Below, piece by piece: positions 47,734 through 55,813 of a stretch of 64,000 nt of DNA. Origin of the DNA: Clostridiaceae bacterium (GTDB taxonomy: Bacteria; Bacillota; Clostridia; Acetivibrionales; DULL01); the NCBI GenBank assembly GCA_012840395.1, contig DULL01000083.1, positions 9,316-73,315 on the forward strand. Direction: 5' to 3'. Both the position numbers and the translations under genes were made by a program. Within the stretch, counting starts at the first letter, position 1; each line of letters opens with the position of its first letter. The notes under the pieces were generated by a model. The model was not told where the DNA came from. It searched no databases and saw only the letters and a list, made by a program, of their open reading frames with translations.

Positions 47734-48909
47734 ATGATAATGGGCAAAAGAGAATATGAAGCGCTAATTATACTGGCTGTTATACTGTTATCGGCTATAC
47801 TTGGTATTAGGATTTTGCCGTCTTTTATAGGAACAACCGCATATCAGAATATCTTCAAGCCCTTATTCTGGTTTGCCCTTTCAGTTTATATATGGAAACA
47901 GCCTAGAGTAAGATTTAAAGGAAAGTTGAAACTCCATAAGTATATACTTATCTGGTCTGCAATATGTGGAATTGTATACATGGCTATTTTTTTTGCAGGA
48001 GGATTTATGGATGGAATAGGGGCAAGCCCATATTCAAGGAGCATAACCGGTATGCTTGTGAATGTTTTAAGTTTCGGAAGCGTAATAGTTATGATGGAAT
48101 GGGTAAGGAATTACATCATAAACAAAGTCAAGAAAAAATATCTAATTCAATTCAGTATTTTGGTGGTAATAATATTTACATTTTACAGGCTGAATCTGAG
48201 GATTTTAATGAGCGTGGAAAACTGGCAGCAGGTTATACGGTATGTAGGTGAATATGCGGGACCGGAAATAGCGTTAAATATTTTGATGGCATACATGGTA
48301 TATATTGGGGGAGAACGGCCGGCAATAATATATATGGCGCTTACAAACCTCCCCATTTGGATATCGCCTTTGCTTCCAAACCTCAGGTGGATTACCAAGG
48401 CTTTCATTGGAATTATGTCACCCGTAATATTTTTTATCATGCTGCGCCAGATTTATAAAAAGCAGGCAAAAGAGGTTAAAATAAGAGAGCAAAAAAGTGA
48501 AAAACCAACTTCCTGGATAGCTGTAAGTGTATTTTCAATTGCCCTTATATGGTTTGCTGTGGGAGTCTTTCCTATATACCCCGTAGTAATTCTTACAGGT
48601 AGCATGCAGCCTGCAATTGATCCAGGGGATATTGTTCTTTTGCAGAGGACCGATGGGCAAAACCTCAAAGTAGGAGAGATTATACAATACTGGACCGGTG
48701 AAATATTTATAGTTCACAGGATTATTTCAATAGACCAGGCCACCGGAAGGTACCAGACCAAAGGAGACAGTAACAGTGCACCAGACTCTGTGCTGGTTGG
48801 ACCCGAACAGATAAAAGGCAAGTTGATATCAGTAATACCTAAAGTTGGAAAACTAAGCATATGGCTTAGGAGAGACTATGAGTATCCGGAGGAACAAGTA
48901 GAGTTTTGA
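47734..48909 (+). CDS. Fusion protein: polytopic membrane domain of about 260 aa (unknown family) plus a SipW/ER-type signal peptidase I
   Basis: The C-terminal catalytic domain has LTGSMQPAIDPGDIV (Ser codon at 48601-48603), IVHRII (His) and KGDSNSAPD. The N-terminal region has about 6 TM helices not found in ordinary SipW. The track ORF starts at GTG 47707. Confidence 0.8.
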   Translation: MIMGKREYEALIILAVILLSAILGIRILPSFIGTTAYQNIFKPLFWFALSVYIWKQPRVRFKGKLKLHKYILIWSAICGIVYMAIFFAGGFMDGIGASPYSRSITGMLVNVLSFGSVIVMMEWVRNYIINKVKKKYLIQFSILVVIIFTFYRLNLRILMSVENWQQVIRYVGEYAGPEIALNILMAYMVYIGGERPAIIYMALTNLPIWISPLLPNLRWITKAFIGIMSPVIFFIMLRQIYKKQAKEVKIREQKSEKPTSWIAVSVFSIALIWFAVGVFPIYPVVILTGSMQPAIDPGDIVLLQRTDGQNLKVGEIIQYWTGEIFIVHRIISIDQATGRYQTKGDSNSAPDSVLVGPEQIKGKLISVIPKVGKLSIWLRRDYEYPEEQVEF

Positions 48910-48959
48910 CAAGCTGCTTTTAACCAATCTCGACAAGTCTGTGCACAGGAGGGAAACAG

Positions 48960-50030
48960 ATGAATTTAAGCCTGACATTAAATAAAAAGAGAATAGTTAT
49001 TGCGGTTGAAATACTACTGGTACTTTTCTTCTGTATTAATACCTTATTGGAGATATTAGTTCCGAAATATACGGATGCAGAGAGAGTAAAGTTTGCATAT
49101 ACCAGCAAGGCCAATATAGACTACAGGGTATACCTGAGGCCGAATATCATATACCGTGAGAGTTTTCTGGAAAAGGGAAGATATTATATATTAAAATATA
49201 TCGATCATGTAAACTTGAATATGAAATACGATTTTATCTCATCGGATGAAGCTGACTTAACTGCAGTTTACAGTGTTACTGCATATCTTCAGGGACTTCA
49301 TGGAGAAGAAAATGAGGTGCTTTGGAGCAGGGAATATATTTTGATCCCAGAAAAAACTATACATAGGAATTCTTCCGATTTATCAATTGAACTGAGCGAA
49401 AATGTTTCCCTCAGTGAATTTCTGCAGGTCAGGGAATCTTTCTACCTTGAGTCGGAAGTAAATTCTCCTGCAGTACTTAATGTGGTTTTTTCAGTACATA
49501 CAAAAGCAGATTCCAAGGAAGGGACCCTGGAAGACAATTTAAAAACAAATTTAATTATACCGATAGGAAACAACGTGTTTAAAATAGAAGGTACCCCGGA
49601 AGCAAGGGGTGAAAACAGAATTCCAGAAACTATAAGAAACCGTATTCCTGTTAATTACTTGAAAGTTGCAATATTCCTTGTAATTTCACTGCTGCTGGTT
49701 GTACTGGTGATTCTTACCATACGTTACGTCAAAACCGCAGAGCCTCCGGATCCATTTAATAAGGCCATTGCAGATATATTCAAGGAATACTCTGAGAGAC
49801 TTGCAGGTATGACCCATAGTATATCCTACCATTTTTCTGATGTGATAACAGTTAATTCAATTGAAGATATGATTAAAATAGCAGATGAAATAGGACAGCC
49901 TGTCTTCTACTACAAGGTTGACAACAAGGTTGAAAGGAAAATAGAGTTTTTTGTATTTGACAGCGGCAGAGTCTATTATATGGCAATATTTGGTGAGATT
50001 AAACCGGAAAGTGAAGAAAGTTCCATATAA
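48960..50030 (+). CDS. Bitopic membrane protein (DUF5305-like; assignment tentative)
   Basis: 356 aa: TM1 (IVIAVEILLVLFFCINTLLEIL), an extracytoplasmic beta-rich domain of about 195 aa, TM2 (VAIFLVISLLLVVLVILTI) and a cytoplasmic tail of about 100 aa. Lies adjacent to the signal peptidase gene. Confidence 0.55.
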   Translation: MNLSLTLNKKRIVIAVEILLVLFFCINTLLEILVPKYTDAERVKFAYTSKANIDYRVYLRPNIIYRESFLEKGRYYILKYIDHVNLNMKYDFISSDEADLTAVYSVTAYLQGLHGEENEVLWSREYILIPEKTIHRNSSDLSIELSENVSLSEFLQVRESFYLESEVNSPAVLNVVFSVHTKADSKEGTLEDNLKTNLIIPIGNNVFKIEGTPEARGENRIPETIRNRIPVNYLKVAIFLVISLLLVVLVILTIRYVKTAEPPDPFNKAIADIFKEYSERLAGMTHSISYHFSDVITVNSIEDMIKIADEIGQPVFYYKVDNKVERKIEFFVFDSGRVYYMAIFGEIKPESEESSI

Positions 50031-50227
50031 ACTGTTTATCATAAATATACTACCTTGGTACCATATCATATGCCACTATGGTATTATTGTAATTATTCCT
50101 GGAGTTCTGAAGAATTATCAAATCGTGTGATTTACTTCAAATGATAAGCTTGTATAATTAAATTAAGAATTAATTAACGGTTAAGAATGTTAATGTCAAA
50201 ATGATGATATGAAAATAGAGGGGAGAA

Positions 50228-50800
50228 ATGAATATGAAGAGGACAAGATTTGTTTTGTGGGTTATTGTAGCAGCAATGGTTCTTATGGGCGCCGGATACG
50301 CAGCATGGTCACAGACATTTACGATAAACAGCACTGTACAGACTGGACACTTATATGTAAAAGTTCAAAAGGCTATTGAGGACCCAAGTATCGATATTGA
50401 TGAAGGTGTAAATTCTACAACAGTAAACTTTACTATTACTGATATGTATCCTGGAAAAAGTGTTCAACATGTGTTGAGATTCACCAATCAGGGAACAATG
50501 CCGGTAAGATTAAAATTTAATAGTGGTACTTATCCAGAAAATGATCCTCTTTGGAGAGATCTTGTAATTGAGGTTAACGAAGAAGAAGTTAAATCAGCAG
50601 GTGACACTGATATAGAGGATGTAGGAAACAAAATAGCAGAAATACTGACAAATCCGGTACTTGCTGTAGGTATTACAAGAGATATTACAATTACACAGAC
50701 ATTGGATATAAGCAGCACGGATGAAACTGAAAGTTCATCAATAAGTTGGAGCCTGGGTTTTGTATTTGAACAGTATAATGCTCCTGTCATTAATCCATAA
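50228..50800 (+). CDS. TasA/CalY (camelysin)-like secreted protein, paralog 1 (putative major fibre subunit)
   Basis: Signal peptide ends ..VLMGAGYAAWSQTF, followed by QTGHLYV, MYPGKSVQHVLRFTNQGTMPVRL and the C-terminal SWSLGFVFEQY. Strong RBS GAGGGGAG. Confidence 0.7.
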   Translation: MNMKRTRFVLWVIVAAMVLMGAGYAAWSQTFTINSTVQTGHLYVKVQKAIEDPSIDIDEGVNSTTVNFTITDMYPGKSVQHVLRFTNQGTMPVRLKFNSGTYPENDPLWRDLVIEVNEEEVKSAGDTDIEDVGNKIAEILTNPVLAVGITRDITITQTLDISSTDETESSSISWSLGFVFEQYNAPVINP

Positions 50801-50884
50801 TCTTAAACCAGGAATAAATAATTACTAATAGTAAAAAAGGAAAAAAACAAACCCGAAAGTTAATCAACGATAAAACGATAATTT

Positions 50885-50918
50885 GAATGGCACAGGCAGA
50901 CATAGGCTTGTGCCATTC
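50885..50918 (+). other. 10-bp hairpin immediately after paralog 1 (possible partial terminator or mRNA stabiliser)
   Basis: GAATGGCACA (50885-50894), 14-nt loop, TGTGCCATTC (50909-50918). It is followed by CTTAAAAAAAA, with no U-tract. Confidence 0.4.
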
Positions 50919-50996
50919 TTAAAAAAAAGCAAAAGCTGAAGAATAAGCAGGGATACAAGTAGTGCCAAGTACGGGCGGAATTTGGGGGATATTTAA

Positions 50997-51686
50997 ATGT
51001 TGGGTAGTTCTAAACGCCTTTTATCAATAACAGTTATAGCACTGGTACTAATTGGACTAAGCTATACTTTATCCTTTCAGGAGGGATTTGTTGAAGCAGC
51101 GCTTACCAATGCCACCCTGATTGAATTAGTACCTGATGAATGTAAAGTAATAAATACCAGCAAGAATTTGGAAGCCGGCGTGTCTTTTATAAAGGATGAA
51201 TTTGGTAACATTGTGGATAAAACATATATCATGCTTTCAACCAAAAACGTTTATGCAGGCGCCAGTGCTACCTTTTGCATAACTGCACGGAACATTAGCG
51301 ATATTCCCTTATCTGTTGATCAGTTTACTCTCCATGTTGATAGCAGGAAGGACTCCATATCTGATCTTATGTATTTTTCCGGAAAAGTAAAAATATACAG
51401 GAATGATGGAGTATATTACGATGAACTTGGCACCTTCAGCAACATCAACCTGGCTGCACTTGCAGACAACTTGACATCATTGACGAAATATAGGAAAATT
51501 GATTCCGGAGAAAAACTGGTACTTGAATTACAGCAAAAGTTTTCTGTGGATTCTGAAAAATTTGTTGGGAAAGTTGGCTTGTCATACAGACTGGAACCGG
51601 TTTTTGTCCAGTATTTTCCCAAAGAAGAAGAATTAGAAGAAGAATTATTGGTCGGGAACAATAGTAGGGATGAAAATGTTTCTTAA
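50997..51686 (+). CDS. TasA/CalY-like secreted protein, paralog 2
   Basis: Signal peptide ..LVLIGLSYTLSFQEGF, then NATLIEL, VYAGASATFCITARNISDIPLSV and LSYRLEPVFVQY, with an acidic C-terminal tail (EEELEEELL). Confidence 0.65.
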   Translation: MLGSSKRLLSITVIALVLIGLSYTLSFQEGFVEAALTNATLIELVPDECKVINTSKNLEAGVSFIKDEFGNIVDKTYIMLSTKNVYAGASATFCITARNISDIPLSVDQFTLHVDSRKDSISDLMYFSGKVKIYRNDGVYYDELGTFSNINLAALADNLTSLTKYRKIDSGEKLVLELQQKFSVDSEKFVGKVGLSYRLEPVFVQYFPKEEELEEELLVGNNSRDENVS

Positions 51687-52191
51687 GAGATACAAGAATA
51701 AGAAAAAGTGCAAATTTGGAAATCTTCTTCATGTAGGAACAATGTGCGTTGTCCTTATTGGAGCATTGAGCCTTCTTGGAATATCTTATTCTTCCTGGAG
51801 CCAGTCTTTTAGCATTTTTGGCTCCATATCCACAGGAGAAATTAACCTTGTTGTAAAAGATGTAGTATTGGATAGCTCCGATAGTTATGATTCTCTTAAC
51901 TTTAATGTCAACAAGACAGGAAATATTGTAGATTCAGTTAATATGGAAGTAGTGTCTGGTTCAAATCCTTTTAATACCGTACTGGTATTTACTGTTGAAA
52001 ATAGTGGAACAATACCTGTGGCATGTGAAGGTATTGACACAGATGCGCCCGGAAGTGTTGATGTACAGTTGCTTGAATCTCCTGAAAGGATATATCCGGG
52101 AGAGAGTGCTCAAATTAAAATTAAGATTGCAAAAGGTTATGTTAACAACTTTGAATTCAGTACTTTTCTTAGATTTGCACAGAAAATTTAG
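51670..52191 (+). CDS. TasA/CalY-like secreted protein, paralog 3
   Basis: Signal peptide ..LSLLGISYSSWSQSF, then STGEINLVV, VLVFTVENSGTIPV, IYPGESAQIKIKI and FSTFLRFAQ. Overlaps paralog 2 by 17 nt. Confidence 0.65.
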   Translation: MKMFLKRYKNKKKCKFGNLLHVGTMCVVLIGALSLLGISYSSWSQSFSIFGSISTGEINLVVKDVVLDSSDSYDSLNFNVNKTGNIVDSVNMEVVSGSNPFNTVLVFTVENSGTIPVACEGIDTDAPGSVDVQLLESPERIYPGESAQIKIKIAKGYVNNFEFSTFLRFAQKI

Positions 52192-52197
52192 GCAAAC

Positions 52198-52806
52198 TTG
52201 ATTCACTTTATTGAGGTGATTTATATAAAAAAACTGGTTTTAATAGTATTTATTATAATAATATCTATACTTTGTACAACAGTAAGCTTCGGATTATGGA
52301 GGTATAATTCCGAGGTCAGGTTTACAATAACCATTAAACAGCCTGAACAAGACTACGGTTGCTGTATTTGTGGTAAATATAGCACAATACGGGAAGGTAT
52401 AGATCTTTTAAGAGATGTACAATATCCGAAAATATATAACAAGATGGAGCAGTATAAAAATATGTTGTATGCACGGATAGACGAGCTTAATAATCTTCCC
52501 TTTGGAGGCATCACATATGAAGAGCTGGATGCAGAAGTAAATAAATATAGAAATGTTGATATAGAAGGATTTGGTAATTGTATTGAGACATATGGAAATT
52601 GTATAGTTACCCTGGGTGAATTTTATGAGAATTCAACACCAGAAGAAAAGAAGCAGGTCCCTAATTTCTGGACTGAGTCGTCTGGTCTTTGGATTTTGCA
52701 TTCTCAGCTTTGGACAAAACGCTCTGAGCTTTATATTGTAGTAAGTGAACTCTGGACCGCCGGACAAAGCAAAATAAACTGGGAGAATGAAGACGGCGAA
52801 GGGTAA
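52198..52806 (+). CDS. N-terminally anchored protein with a Cys cluster and C-terminal aromatic heptad repeats
   Basis: TM segment/signal LVLIVFIIIISILCTTVSFGLWRYNSE, a QDYGCCICGKY cluster, GFGNCIETYGNCIV, and five heptads (PNFWTES SGLWILH SQLWTKR SELYIVV SELWTAG). The start codon is uncertain (TTG 52198, or later after GAGGTG at 52213-52218). Confidence 0.55.
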   Translation: MIHFIEVIYIKKLVLIVFIIIISILCTTVSFGLWRYNSEVRFTITIKQPEQDYGCCICGKYSTIREGIDLLRDVQYPKIYNKMEQYKNMLYARIDELNNLPFGGITYEELDAEVNKYRNVDIEGFGNCIETYGNCIVTLGEFYENSTPEEKKQVPNFWTESSGLWILHSQLWTKRSELYIVVSELWTAGQSKINWENEDGEG

Positions 52807-52864
52807 GGTAAGGGAGGTAAAGAAGGCAATAATTAGTAATGAGAATGATACATTATTATAACAA

Positions 52865-53524
52865 TTATTCAGTCATATTCCCATTGCTATTTTTGCCTTT
52901 GTTTACATAAATTGCTGCCTGTAATCTGTTACTTAAATTAAGTTTTGCAAGAATGCTGCTAACATGTTTTTTTACAGTATTTTCGCTTATATAAAGTTTT
53001 TCTGCAATACTCTTGTTAGACATTCCTTTCCCAAGACAGTCTAGAATTTCAGCTTCTCTGGGAGTCAGCAATTCATCTTCACCTTCAGATTGTTGCACAG
53101 TCTGGCTCTGTACAGGAGTATTTATTCTTTCCAAAAAAACAGGGTCGAAATATTTTCTACCTCTAATAACAGACTTTACGGCATATACAATATCTTCAGT
53201 AAATGCATCTTTTAAAATATATCCGTCAATATTCAATTTCATAGCCCTGTCAAAATCCTCGGTAGATGAAGAAGATGAAAGTATAACATATTTGCAGTTA
53301 GGAAATTTTTCCTTTGCCATACGTATGAAATCGATTCCACTTTGATCTTTTAGCCTTATATCTACCAGAGCCAGATTATAGTCATTATTTGACATCAGTT
53401 CCAATGCTGACTTTACATCGTGAGCAAAATTAACATTATTTATATCTTGTTCAGAGATAAGTATATTCCTAATGCCGATGCAAACCAGGGGATGGTCGTC
53501 AACAATTAAAATATTCATATACAT
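52865..53524 (-). CDS. NarL/LuxR-family response regulator (REC domain plus LuxR HTH)
   Basis: MNILIVDDHPLV...LVDIRL (receiver domain) and LTPREAEILDCLGKGMSNKSIAEKLYISENTVKKHVSSILAKL. ATG 53524 lies 6 nt after AAGGAA. Confidence 0.9.
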   Translation of the reverse strand: MYMNILIVDDHPLVCIGIRNILISEQDINNVNFAHDVKSALELMSNNDYNLALVDIRLKDQSGIDFIRMAKEKFPNCKYVILSSSSSTEDFDRAMKLNIDGYILKDAFTEDIVYAVKSVIRGRKYFDPVFLERINTPVQSQTVQQSEGEDELLTPREAEILDCLGKGMSNKSIAEKLYISENTVKKHVSSILAKLNLSNRLQAAIYVNKGKNSNGNMTE

Positions 53525-53710
53525 CAGCTCTTCCTTAACTATACTGTATTTTAGTACAATAATATTTACCATAAAATATTTATGTATATTTATATAATAT
53601 TTTATATATTTTTTTGAATAAAATCTATGCTTTTTATAGTATAATTTTTGACAACTTATGAAAAAGAAAGTGAGCCAGAAGAAATACCTTTCTGGCTCAC
53701 TGCAGATTCG

Positions 53711-54358
53711 TTAATCAGGAAGCTGTTTCTTATAATATTGATTGGATATTTGATCCATTTTATCTACAATTCCCTGTTCATCAATTCTATTTGTATAGTA
53801 TTCCTCATAATCATTATATCCTCCCATATCCTGTGGAGAGTCGGAAGAACCATATTTTACTAAGTCAAAGAATTGATCCATACCTTCATGTTCGTCATCT
53901 TCCTGACTATTTAGATATTTTCTTCCCAGAGGCGCGTCCATAACCAATTCTTCATTTGGCCTGTCCATATTAGCTTTCATGGGAGTTTCATTGCCAGCTC
54001 TGTTTTTTTCACAGTATAAACATGTTGTGGCATGTGGCACAGCTTCAAGTCTTTCTTTTTCTATCTCCTTACCACACACTTCGCAATTTCCAAAGACACC
54101 TTGGTTGATTCTCTCCAATGCATCATTGGTTTCTCTTAATTGATGTTCCTGATGGGTTATCAGCGAATTATTAAATTCTGCCTGAAAAAGTTCCGAAGCT
54201 ATTTCTGCAGGGTGGTTATCATAGTTTGATAACTCCGCGGGAGAATATTTATCCTGGTTTGACATACCATGTTTTTTCATTTTTCTTAATGTTTCTTCAA
54301 AATTATTTTTTCTATTTACAAGTATTTCCTTAAATTTATTAAGCTCATTTATTTCCAT
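53711..54358 (-). CDS. YteA-like DksA/TraR C4 zinc-finger protein
   Basis: CEVCGKEIEKERLEAVPHATTCLYC zinc finger preceded by a coiled-coil. 215 aa, the YteA family length. Confidence 0.75.
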   Translation of the reverse strand: MEINELNKFKEILVNRKNNFEETLRKMKKHGMSNQDKYSPAELSNYDNHPAEIASELFQAEFNNSLITHQEHQLRETNDALERINQGVFGNCEVCGKEIEKERLEAVPHATTCLYCEKNRAGNETPMKANMDRPNEELVMDAPLGRKYLNSQEDDEHEGMDQFFDLVKYGSSDSPQDMGGYNDYEEYYTNRIDEQGIVDKMDQISNQYYKKQLPD

Positions 54359-54569
54359 TAAGTTTTCCTCCCTATAGAATATTGTAAAATAACAAATTGC
54401 ATATTATTGGCAAAGGTTTTTTGAACACCATTACATCCTGGATATAGTATGAGACTTATTTTTGAATCTATAGCTCCCTTAATTAAGCAATTAATTGAAT
54501 AGTTTTCACGAATAATATTCTTAATACTGTAGAAAATAATAAGGAAAATAAATATAAAGGAGGGATTAT

Positions 54570-54770
54570 ATGCCGCCTTTGACAACAAAGGAACTTCTTC
54601 TTATTCAGGACAATATTAAAATGACTCAAAACACTATAAGCTTTATGAACAGCTGCGCGCAAATAGCGACAGATCCGCAGGTTAAAAGCTTATGCCAGCA
54701 AATGGTAAGAGATCATCAAAATGATTTGCAGGTTTTAATGAAACATATTAAGTCAACAACAGTTCAATAG
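54570..54770 (+). CDS. Small spore-coat-associated protein (CotF-related)
   Basis: 66 aa (TTKELLLIQDNIKMTQNTISFMNSCAQIATDPQVKSLCQQMVRDHQNDLQVL). Paired with the following Coat F-like gene. Confidence 0.55.
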   Translation: MPPLTTKELLLIQDNIKMTQNTISFMNSCAQIATDPQVKSLCQQMVRDHQNDLQVLMKHIKSTTVQ

Positions 54771-54781
54771 GAGGTGGAACA

Positions 54782-55033
54782 ATGGCTAATATTACAGATA
54801 AAGATATTATGGAGGTGTTGCTTACTCAGCACAAATTAGGAGCTATTTCATTAACTAATCTGGTTCTTGAAAGCAGCTGTCAGAATGTAAGAACTGATGC
54901 AACAAATCTTCTCACAAAAACTTTCGAGCATCAGAAACAAATTTATGATATCATGTCCCAAAAAGGGTGGTATCAAACTATGACAGCAAGTCCGCAGGAA
55001 ATTAGTAATGTACAAACCAGTTTAAATATGTGA
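54782..55033 (+). CDS. Spore coat protein F (Coat_F domain)-like
   Basis: 83 aa (DIMEVLLTQHKLGAISLTNLVLESSCQNVRTDATNLLTKTFEHQKQIYDIMSQKGWY). Confidence 0.65.
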   Translation: MANITDKDIMEVLLTQHKLGAISLTNLVLESSCQNVRTDATNLLTKTFEHQKQIYDIMSQKGWYQTMTASPQEISNVQTSLNM

Positions 55034-55162
55034 TATTTAACAATTTTTTTTATAAAAACATAATGACAGGCAGTTTATCTAAGAACAAGGTGGCAGGTTA
55101 AAAGAAAAAGGCAGGATTTAATTCCCGCCTTTTCACTTATTTTTATTATTTATATAATACTA

Positions 55163-55342
55163 CTATTTGCTGTAATTGTTTCCAGTATATGCTTCAAACA
55201 CTTTCTTAACTATATTACCACCAATTTTACCTGCGTCTCTGGCAAGTAAGTCACCATTGTAACCTTGCTTTAAGTTAACTCCAACCTGGGAAGCTATTTC
55301 ATATTTCATGTTTTCAAACTGAGACTTGCTTTTCTTAGCCAT
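55163..55342 (-). CDS. Alpha/beta-type small acid-soluble spore protein (59 aa), below the ORF-track cutoff
   Basis: Hand translation: MAKKSKSQFENMKYEIASQVGVNLKQGYNGDLLARDAGKIGGNIVKKVFEAYTGNNYSK. It matches the SASP pattern (KYEIA..GV.L.......R..G..GG.....). GGAGGTG RBS precedes ATG 55342. Confidence 0.85.
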   Translation of the reverse strand: MAKKSKSQFENMKYEIASQVGVNLKQGYNGDLLARDAGKIGGNIVKKVFEAYTGNNYSK

Positions 55343-55617
55343 AATATCACCTCCTTACTAGATATTGTTTCAAAAAACTAACGATTTATAAGTAGAAAGA
55401 TTTGGATATTATTATTACTTTTTCTGTAGACGAATTTTTCAAAGTTCAATTACCTTCACTTCTTGTTTTAATAAGATTTTCAATATTATTATTCCTGTTA
55501 AGAGGTGAAAAAATTCAAAAAATAGATTTTCATAAATTTGTACAAATACTTTATTTTGCGTATGCTAAAGGTAATTTCCATAAAAAGATTAATATAACTT
55601 GGCGTGCTAGCTTATAA

Positions 55618-55683
55618 GTCATATGCGTTATTAGGGCAATAACATGGGTTTCTTTAAGTCCGTGTTAAGATAACGCATATGGC
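55618..55683 (+). other. Long imperfect hairpin about 130 nt upstream of the DD-carboxypeptidase gene
   Basis: CATATGCGTTAT (55620-55631) pairs with ATAACGCATATG (55670-55681), a perfect 12 bp that extends with T-G and G-C pairs. An inner stem is ACATGG/CCGTGT. Confidence 0.5.
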
Positions 55684-55813
55684 CTGCCATGGAATGAAAG
55701 GTTAACTTAGTTCTCAATAACATTTTATCGTTTCCTCGTACATATATTTATTTTATGAGACTGCTACACAAAAACAAGAATAAACAAACAAGCTTATTAA
55801 GAGAGGGATTACT

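Noticed and set aside
50885-50918. Canonical rho-independent terminator after TasA-like paralog 1
   Set aside because: The 10-bp hairpin is real, but it is followed by an A-run rather than a U-tract on the coding strand. I list it only as a hairpin of uncertain function.
55402-55617. 71-aa ORF between the SASP and dacB-like genes (also 53648..53863 and 54358..54588)
   Set aside because: These have TTG or other weak starts without an RBS, sit in AT-rich intergenic or antisense positions, and give Ile/Phe/Leu-rich products typical of translated AT-rich DNA.
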